57,296 bases of DNA from assembly GCA_045598895.1 (NCBI GenBank), contig JAZRUZ010000016.1, positions 1 through 57,296 of the forward strand. Direction: 5' to 3'. The notes under the pieces were generated by a model. The model had not been told where the DNA came from. It made no database searches and worked only from the letters and a program-made list of their open reading frames with translations. The DNA is from Candidatus Onthoplasma sp. (GTDB taxonomy: Bacteria; Bacillota; Clostridia; Christensenellales; UBA1242). How positions within the stretch are numbered: the stretch's first letter is position 1; each line of letters opens with the position of its first letter. Positions 51,260 to 57,296 of the stretch are shown here, in pieces. Made by a program: the position numbers and the translations under genes.

Positions 51260-51347
51260 TTGATTTTCAAACATTTGTTCGAAAATAACTATTTTTAAAC
51301 TTTTTTATTATTTACTGCAATTAGAAATAAGTTTAGAATTAAAATTT

Positions 51348-51372
51348 AAAAAAGTTTAGTAATATCTAAACT
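51348..51372 (-). terminator. Terminator after yraN
   Basis: Minus strand AGTTTAG-atatta-CTAAACT followed by TTTTTT. Confidence 0.7.
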
Positions 51373-51375
51373 TAA

Positions 51376-51723
51376 TTAAAAAGCATTTTTAATATGTGTT
51401 ATCTCTTCATCATGGTCGCCTCGTATTCCTATTACATCAAAACGACATGACACATTTAACAATTTATGTTTCATCAAATAAACTGTTGCCACTTTTCTAA
51501 TCTTGTCCTGTTTGTAGATATTTACTGCTTCCAATGGATTACCGAACTCATTACTCATTCTAGTCTTAACCTCAACAAAAACTAGTGTATCTTGATCTTT
51601 TGCAATAATGTCTATTTCACCTATTTTGTTTTTGTAATTTGTTTCAATAATTTTATAACCAATTGAAATTAGATATTGCTTTGCTTTAATTTCGCCAAGA
51701 CGACCAAATGTGCTAGTTTGCAT
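51376..51723 (-). CDS. yraN: YraN family (UPF0102) endonuclease-like protein
   Basis: 115 aa. GEIDIIAKD...LVFVEVKTR PD-(D/E)xK-like core. Follows rnhB. Confidence 0.88.
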   Translation of the reverse strand: MQTSTFGRLGEIKAKQYLISIGYKIIETNYKNKIGEIDIIAKDQDTLVFVEVKTRMSNEFGNPLEAVNIYKQDKIRKVATVYLMKHKLLNVSCRFDVIGIRGDHDEEITHIKNAF

Positions 51724-52369
51724 TTCTTTCTCTCCTAATCTCTTCCAAACCGACTGCTTTTTCTCCTATAATTTTACCGAGGAATGATAATCTATGAATA
51801 GGAGTAATTCCATAATTTAATATTGCTTCAATATGCTTTTTTGTGCCATAGCCAACATTATTTGAAAAGTCATAATTAGGATAAGTTTTATTGTACTCAT
51901 CCATCAATCTATCACGATATACTTTTGCAACAATGCTAGCGCATGCAATTGCATAACTTGTTGCGTCACCTTTAACTATCGCTTTTTCGTTTTCACAAAT
52001 ATTGAGTTTTACGGCGTCGACTAAAAGTAAATCTGGCTTGATATCAAGTCCAACAAAACACTCTTTCATACATTCCTTTGTAGCATTAAGTATATTTATT
52101 TCATCAATTCTGTTTTGGTCTCTTAGAGCAATTTTTACAGAGTAAGCATTGTTTAAAATTTCATCATAAAGTCGTTCACGATTTTTCTTACTAACTTTTT
52201 TACTATCAAATACTCCGTCCAACATTTTGTCATATTTCATAACGACACATGCAGTAACAACAGGGCCTGCTAGTGGACCACGACCTACTTCATCTATTCC
52301 TGCAATATACTTTACTTTATCACTCATTAAAGCAAGATCAAAATCAAAAATTTCTTTAGTATTTATCAT
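51713..52369 (-). CDS. rnhB: Ribonuclease HII
   Basis: 218 aa. GIDEVGRGPLAGPVV metal-binding motif. Confidence 0.95.
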   Translation of the reverse strand: MINTKEIFDFDLALMSDKVKYIAGIDEVGRGPLAGPVVTACVVMKYDKMLDGVFDSKKVSKKNRERLYDEILNNAYSVKIALRDQNRIDEINILNATKECMKECFVGLDIKPDLLLVDAVKLNICENEKAIVKGDATSYAIACASIVAKVYRDRLMDEYNKTYPNYDFSNNVGYGTKKHIEAILNYGITPIHRLSFLGKIIGEKAVGLEEIRRERNAN

Positions 52370-52371
52370 AG

Positions 52372-53205
52372 TTACTCCAAACAGATTTTGCCAAGTTTTC
52401 CTAAACGGAAATCCGTTAAAATTATCTTTGCAGTACGTTCTTCATCAATCTCTCCACCTTTAATAATTGCACCACGTGAAACGCCAATTCTATTAAATAT
52501 TTCAATAGTGTTTGTGTAATTTTCAGTGTCAACTTTGTACTTATTTTTTAATATATTCTTATCAATTTCATTTAGCCTTTCAATAAGTTTGCAAGCGACA
52601 TCAGTTGTATTTAAAACTTCGTCTTTCACTGAACCTACAAAGGCAAGATTATACGCCACTTTTTCGTCATCGAAATTTGGAAGTAGTACTCCAGGAGTAT
52701 CCATAAATTCAATGTTTCCATCAACCTTAATCCATTGTTTGTTTTTAGTTACCCCTGCTTTGTTTCCTGTCACAGCACGAGACGAGCCACAAAGGTTATT
52801 TACAATAGTAGATTTACCACTATTTGGTACTCCTATAACCATCGCTCTAATAATAAAATTAGCGCCTTTAATTTCATTTTGTTTTAGCCTTTCAGCAAAG
52901 ATTTGTTTAATGGTAGAAATAATAATTTTACTACTGCCTGAAATAGTCGCATTTGTTATGACACAACGAGTATTTTTACTTGTAAAAAATGACTTAAATT
53001 CGTCTAATTTAGTCTTTTCTACATAGTCAGCTTTGTTTAAAACATAAATAATTGGTTTGTCTTTAACAACTTTTACAAATTCAGGATTAACTGAACTTTT
53101 TGGACATCTAGAATCAAGAACGTAGACGAAACAATCTGCAAGTTTACTATCTGCTTGCATAACTTTTAACGTCTTATTCATATGTCCCGGAAACCAATTA
53201 ATCAT
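52372..53205 (-). CDS. rbgA: Ribosome biogenesis GTPase A (YlqF/RbgA)
   Basis: 277 aa. INWFPGHM N-terminus and a circularly permuted G domain (NKADY ... GVPNSGKST ... DTPG). Confidence 0.94.
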   Translation of the reverse strand: MINWFPGHMNKTLKVMQADSKLADCFVYVLDSRCPKSSVNPEFVKVVKDKPIIYVLNKADYVEKTKLDEFKSFFTSKNTRCVITNATISGSSKIIISTIKQIFAERLKQNEIKGANFIIRAMVIGVPNSGKSTIVNNLCGSSRAVTGNKAGVTKNKQWIKVDGNIEFMDTPGVLLPNFDDEKVAYNLAFVGSVKDEVLNTTDVACKLIERLNEIDKNILKNKYKVDTENYTNTIEIFNRIGVSRGAIIKGGEIDEERTAKIILTDFRLGKLGKICLE

Positions 53206-53298
53206 TTTATCCTCAATTTAATAATTTAAATTTAAAATGCTCTTGTTAATTTTAGATAAGGTAAATTAAAAATTATCTTTAATTTATTCAAATCGAAC

Positions 53299-53976
53299 CT
53301 ATTTGCTGTTTTTCTTTTTTAGTAAATCTGGCCTATTCTTTTTTGTAATTTCTAGAGACTCGTTTTGTCTAAATTCTTTTATCTTTTTATGATTGCCACT
53401 AAGTAGGACTTCAGGAACTTTCATACCTCTAAATTCACTTGGTCTAGTGTACTGATTATATTCAAGTAATCCATCGGTAAAACTTTCTTCAACGGTACTA
53501 TCTGCACTTATGACATCAGGAAGAAGTCTAATAACAGCGTCAGCCACCACCATTGCTGGAAGTTCGCCACCTGTAAGCACATAATCTCCAATCGAAATTT
53601 CTTCGATATTAAAGTAGTCAAGCACTCTTTGATCAATGCCTTCATAGTGACCACAGATCAGTATTATATGCTCATATTTTGTCATATCTTGTGCTAGTTT
53701 CTCATTAAATACACAACCTCTAGGCGACATGAAATAAATTTTGCTATTGTCTTTTTTGATAGACTCAATTGCATTAAATAGTGGTTCACACATCATGACC
53801 ATACCAGCACCGCCACCAAAAGGCTCGTCATCACATTTGTAGTGAGGTGCACTCGCGAAGTCACGAATATTAGTGATACCGATTTCGACTTTTCCGTCGT
53901 CCACGGCTCTTTTTATTATGCTCTCTTTAAGAGGAGCAAACATTTCAGGAAAAAGTGTTAAAATATCTATTCTCAT
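53299..53976 (-). CDS. trmD: tRNA (guanine37-N1)-methyltransferase
   Basis: 225 aa. MRIDILTLFPEMF start and SIGDYVLTGGELPAMV SPOUT knot motif. ATGA overlap with rimM. Confidence 0.96.
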   Translation of the reverse strand: MRIDILTLFPEMFAPLKESIIKRAVDDGKVEIGITNIRDFASAPHYKCDDEPFGGGAGMVMMCEPLFNAIESIKKDNSKIYFMSPRGCVFNEKLAQDMTKYEHIILICGHYEGIDQRVLDYFNIEEISIGDYVLTGGELPAMVVADAVIRLLPDVISADSTVEESFTDGLLEYNQYTRPSEFRGMKVPEVLLSGNHKKIKEFRQNESLEITKKNRPDLLKKKNSK

Positions 53977-54467
53977 ATTCTATTGTCCTCAAACTTTTTT
54001 CTATTTGTTATTAGAGCGTCTTTATCTTTACGAAATTCAATCAAATCTTTAGCGAAAGGAAAATCGAAACTTGCTGCTCCCTCTCTTATTGTTAGAATTG
54101 GAGTTGCTCCATAATCGTTCACATCTACTACTTGTCCAATAACATCTTCATTTTCATCAATGACATCTTTACCTATCAAATCTGTCAAATAGACTTTAGA
54201 GCCAATTTCGGCATATTCATCTCTATCAATGTAGATATATTCATTTCTAAATTTCTCTGCCGTATCAATATCAGGAATAATATCAAACATAATAGCGCAA
54301 GCGTCATTGTTTAAACTTGTGTAATTTTTTACTCTTGCTTCAATTAAATTCTTACCAATATAAAGATGAGTGAAATCTTTTATTCCACCTTCTAAAAAAC
54401 AGGCCGCTTTCACAGCACCCTTTACTCCATGTGGTCTTAAAATTTGTCCTACTTCTAAAATATTCAT
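53973..54467 (-). CDS. rimM: 16S rRNA processing protein RimM
   Basis: 164 aa from MNILEVGQILRPHGVKGAVK. The hydrophobic 15-codon ORF-track extension lies in the promoter. Confidence 0.9.
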   Translation of the reverse strand: MNILEVGQILRPHGVKGAVKAACFLEGGIKDFTHLYIGKNLIEARVKNYTSLNNDACAIMFDIIPDIDTAEKFRNEYIYIDRDEYAEIGSKVYLTDLIGKDVIDENEDVIGQVVDVNDYGATPILTIREGAASFDFPFAKDLIEFRKDKDALITNRKKFEDNRI

Positions 54468-54502
54468 AATTTTATTATAACATAAAAAAACAATAAACAC
54501 AA
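54468..54502 (-). promoter_or_regulatory. Extended -10 promoter placed for a leaderless rimM-trmD transcript
   Basis: Minus strand TTGTGT (54502..54497), 17 nt ending in TGT, TATAAT (54479..54474), 6 nt (AAAATT), ATG 54467. No Shine-Dalgarno. Confidence 0.55.
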
Positions 54503-54508
54503 GAAAAC

Positions 54509-54537
54509 ACAAAAAAACTCTAAATTTAATTAGAGTT
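54509..54537 (-). terminator. Terminator after rluB
   Basis: Minus strand AACTCTAA-6 nt-TTAGAGTT followed by TTTTTTT, starting 1 nt after the stop codon. Confidence 0.8.
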
Positions 54538-54538
54538 T

Positions 54539-55255
54539 TTATTTATTTTTTAGTGAATTTAAGTATTTGATTTCTTTTGCGTTAAGTTCAGCATATTCGC
54601 CACGAGATAGTCCTCCGAGTTTTATTTCGCCCTCTTGAACTCGTCTTAAGAAGATTACATTTTTACCAATAGCCTCAAACATACGTCTAATTTGACGATT
54701 CTTTCCTTCCTTAATAGTAATTCTTAATTTAGATAACTTCTCGCCTATTTCAATTTGTTCTATAATACAAGGCTTTGTTGTATATCCATCGTCAAATTTA
54801 ACGCCTGCACAAAGAGATTTTATTTCTTCATTTGTTATACCAGACTCAATATGCACTACATAAGTCTTTTCAATTTGGCTATTAGGTTTTGTTAAAATAT
54901 TTGTTAAATCACCGTCGTTTGTAAACAAAAGCAATCCTTCAGTGTCATAGTCTAATCTACCTACAGGAAAAACTCTAGTATGCACTCCACGAAGAAGTTC
55001 CATAACTGTCTTTCTGTCTTTTTCATCCTTTAAAGTAGTAACATAACCTTTTGGTTTGTTTAGTTTAAAATACACAAACTTGTTCACTGTCTTTACAGGT
55101 CGATTGTCGTATGTCACAATATCGGTGTCTGTTATATCGGTTGCTAAATTCTTAACTACTTTACCATTCACCTTTACTTGTCCGTTTAAAACATATTCTT
55201 CTACTTTTCTTCTGCTAGCAATGCCTGCTTGCGCTAAATACTTATTAATTCTCAT
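54539..55255 (-). CDS. rluB: 23S rRNA pseudouridine synthase, RsuA/RluB family
   Basis: 238 aa. S4 domain MRINKYLAQAGIASRRKVEE and catalytic GRLDYDTEGLLLFTNDG. Confidence 0.9.
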   Translation of the reverse strand: MRINKYLAQAGIASRRKVEEYVLNGQVKVNGKVVKNLATDITDTDIVTYDNRPVKTVNKFVYFKLNKPKGYVTTLKDEKDRKTVMELLRGVHTRVFPVGRLDYDTEGLLLFTNDGDLTNILTKPNSQIEKTYVVHIESGITNEEIKSLCAGVKFDDGYTTKPCIIEQIEIGEKLSKLRITIKEGKNRQIRRMFEAIGKNVIFLRRVQEGEIKLGGLSRGEYAELNAKEIKYLNSLKNK

Positions 55256-56396
55256 TTATCCTTTCTTCCCACAAGAGTTTGCTGTCGTCTATACTCACTC
55301 CAGCCAACTTATCAATCTTATTCATTGTATATAATTTTTGAGATTTTATCAAGTGGTTTTCGTAAAAAATTTGAATTTCTCCTACTTCATCGCCAACTTC
55401 AGCGTCTTTTAAATCAACGTTGTATTTAAGCACCAAATTAGAGAATTCACCCTTTCTTAATGGGAAATATACATCTTCATCAGTATAAAGATACAATCTA
55501 CCATGATTTTCGTCGATAATATATTCGTTGAAAATTTCTTTGTTTTTATCTAAGATTTTTACATTTTCAAACTCGTCAAAAGCCGAATTTAATAAATCTC
55601 TACTTTCTTCAAACATAGGTCCACAATTTAGTACAACACAAACGTAAGTAGTGTCATCTCTTTCACAAGCACTCACTAAGCATCTACCTGCTTTAGTAGT
55701 ATATCCTGTCTTTACTCCACAGCAACCGTCGAGAGTTGATAGCAATTTATTCTTATTAGTAAAATATCTTTTTTCACTGACATTTGTTGCTTCAACTACA
55801 TGTGTTTTTGTTGATACTATTTCTTTAAATATTGGATTTTTAAGTGCATAACCGGTAATTAATGCTAAATCATAAGCAGTAGTATAATGTTCAGGGTGGT
55901 CTAATCCATGAGGGTTCATGAAATGTGAATTTTTAGCGCCAACCTTTTCGGCTAGATTATTCATAAGATTAGCAAAGTTTTCTATACTACCTGCAGTGTG
56001 AATTGCAAGTGCTGTCGCCGAATCATTACCACTACGAAGCATTAAGCCATATAAAAGGTCAATTACTTTCATTTGTTCGCCTTTACGCAAATAAATCGAA
56101 CTACCTTCCACTCCAACAGCCTTGTCGTCGATTGTAATAATTTCATTTAAATCGTCACAATTCTCAATAACTGTAATTGCAGTAACCACCTTAGTTGTTG
56201 ATGCCATTTTTAATTTTTCGTCCATATTTTTTGAGTAAAGGACACGCCCTGAATTTGAGTCAAGTACGCACATTGCTCTACCTGAACTTGTAGTTAACGC
56301 TGAACTAAAACTAGAGTTAGTAAAATTTAGAACTGCAATTAAACATAGTAACAAAACTAAACTAATCAAACTTAAATTTACACATAATTTTTTCAT
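55245..56396 (-). CDS. D-alanyl-D-alanine carboxypeptidase (PBP5-type, DacB/DacF-like)
   Basis: 383 aa. Signal/anchor segment, SxxK (ASTTK), SGN (RSGND), KTG (KTGYT). Confidence 0.9.
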   Translation of the reverse strand: MKKLCVNLSLISLVLLLCLIAVLNFTNSSFSSALTTSSGRAMCVLDSNSGRVLYSKNMDEKLKMASTTKVVTAITVIENCDDLNEIITIDDKAVGVEGSSIYLRKGEQMKVIDLLYGLMLRSGNDSATALAIHTAGSIENFANLMNNLAEKVGAKNSHFMNPHGLDHPEHYTTAYDLALITGYALKNPIFKEIVSTKTHVVEATNVSEKRYFTNKNKLLSTLDGCCGVKTGYTTKAGRCLVSACERDDTTYVCVVLNCGPMFEESRDLLNSAFDEFENVKILDKNKEIFNEYIIDENHGRLYLYTDEDVYFPLRKGEFSNLVLKYNVDLKDAEVGDEVGEIQIFYENHLIKSQKLYTMNKIDKLAGVSIDDSKLLWEERINEN

Positions 56397-56782
56397 TTTT
56401 TATCCACCAATTTAGCAAGCACATCTGTAGCATTTTTAATTAAGCTCATATATGCTGACGACTTGTCTGCCCTAATCAACTTAAACTTATCTTTGCCGAC
56501 TACAAAGAACCCCATTGGGGTTACACCAAAGCCACCACCTGTTCCTCCAGCCATGGGAAAATCTGCCGAATTTCTTTTTGCATTTAGGTCGTTATACTCT
56601 CCGCCACCTGACACAAAACCTACGGTCACTTTAGATATTGGAATAATGCTAGTTTCATCAGGGAGACTAATAGGATTTCCAATTACGCAATTAACATCAA
56701 TTAATGACCTAATTTTATCTAATGAAATATCAATTAACGACTCTATTTTTTTATCCTTGTTTAACTCTTTTCTTTCTTTCAT
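56393..56782 (-). CDS. ytfJ: Sporulation protein YtfJ (GerW family)
   Basis: 129 aa. IIPISKVTVGFVSGGGEY ... AGGTGGGFGVTPMGFFVV signature. GGAGA Shine-Dalgarno. Confidence 0.85.
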   Translation of the reverse strand: MKERKELNKDKKIESLIDISLDKIRSLIDVNCVIGNPISLPDETSIIPISKVTVGFVSGGGEYNDLNAKRNSADFPMAGGTGGGFGVTPMGFFVVGKDKFKLIRADKSSAYMSLIKNATDVLAKLVDKK

Positions 56783-57248
56783 TGTTTAATCTCCATACAT
56801 AAATTTTTGCTATAATAAAGGCGTAGGTAATGTCAAAAATCGAATTTCTAACAATTGTTTCCACCTTTAAGTTGCAAATATCTTCATTATATTTTGGTTC
56901 AACTTTTGTAAAAATATGTGCTGATTTCTTGTTGTTTTGTATTTTAGATAAAATACATTTACTAATCACGTCTACAAAACCTGAAATGGTTGCCGTTAAA
57001 CAAGCATCCGGATTGTAGCCAAAATTCGAAACAAAACTAAATTCTTTTAACTCTTGACGGAAGTATGCCTGTTTAAAGAAATTAAGTAAGAAAACTAAAT
57101 CCTTATTTTCCACACTGATTTGTTCCTTCTTTTCTCTGTTGCTGTGGTAAATATAAATGTACCCATGTTTAATTCGCACTTTATAGACTAAATTAAACTT
57201 GTTACATATTGAAACTTTCACTTCAAATTTCAATCTTAAAACATTCAT
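56751..57248 (-). CDS. Hypothetical protein, possibly YtfI/DUF2953-like (assigned by position upstream of ytfJ only)
   Basis: 165 aa. Overlaps the ytfJ start by 32 nt. No Shine-Dalgarno seen and no motif I can name. Confidence 0.4.
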   Translation of the reverse strand: MNVLRLKFEVKVSICNKFNLVYKVRIKHGYIYIYHSNREKKEQISVENKDLVFLLNFFKQAYFRQELKEFSFVSNFGYNPDACLTATISGFVDVISKCILSKIQNNKKSAHIFTKVEPKYNEDICNLKVETIVRNSIFDITYAFIIAKIYVWRLNNERKKRVKQG

Positions 57249-57296
57249 TTTGACATTGACTTTAATTTGAAATGGATAAGTTATAATTAAAATAAA

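Noticed and set aside
1-57296. A search for transposases, integrases, phage genes, restriction-modification systems, toxin-antitoxin pairs, CRISPR-Cas or other known defence modules.
   Set aside because: None of the 64 ORFs shows hallmark motifs of these families. Apart from the LRR cassette, the window is contiguous housekeeping synteny.

Overview
This is a 57.3-kb, visibly AT-rich chromosomal segment from an endospore-forming Firmicute. Gene order is Clostridia/Bacillus-like. The genetic code is standard, because TGA is used as a stop. I call 64 protein genes, 62 of them on the minus strand, plus one tRNA. Nearly all of it is conserved housekeeping synteny, listed here in coordinate order:
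- ynbB-like, miaA, mutL, mutS, miaB
- PBP1A, murI, rpsT
- comEC, holA and a DUF45 peptidase
- proS, xseB, xseA, nusB, asp23
- the complete spoIIIAA-AH operon and efp
- truB, rbfA, infB, ylxQ, ylxR, nusA, rimP
- rseP, cdsA, uppS, frr, tsf, rpsB
- ruvX and a DUF1292 gene
- tcdA, thioredoxin, nifS and an IscU-like gene
- hslUV, trmFO, topA, dprA, comM, yraN, rnhB, rbgA, trmD, rimM, rluB
- a PBP5-type carboxypeptidase, ytfJ and its upstream partner

I saw no transposase, integrase, CRISPR array or rRNA.

The parts that do not look ordinary are:
1. The slot where polC normally sits holds a 509-aa protein with only the PolC N-terminal, OB and proofreading-exonuclease modules.
2. An orphan two-gene cassette under its own consensus promoter encodes a signal-less BspA/TpLRR-like repeat protein. 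It has an unassignable N-terminal domain and six near-identical 66-bp tandem units.
3. A TATAAT-N6-ATG arrangement with no Shine-Dalgarno recurs at several operon-leading genes, which suggests leaderless mRNAs.
4. An IscU-like protein lacks two of the three cluster-ligand cysteines and carries a long acidic tail. It sits next to nifS, thioredoxin and tcdA.
5. The ProRS lacks the INS editing domain.
6. Several genes normally embedded in these operons are absent: pyrH, dxr, ispA/dxs, rplS, hfq, folD, accBC and xerC/codY.
7. There is a stand-alone tRNA-Glu(CUC).
8. There is a GC-rich nested-helix leader upstream of rpsB.

All functional calls come from reading motifs and synteny by eye. No database search was run.
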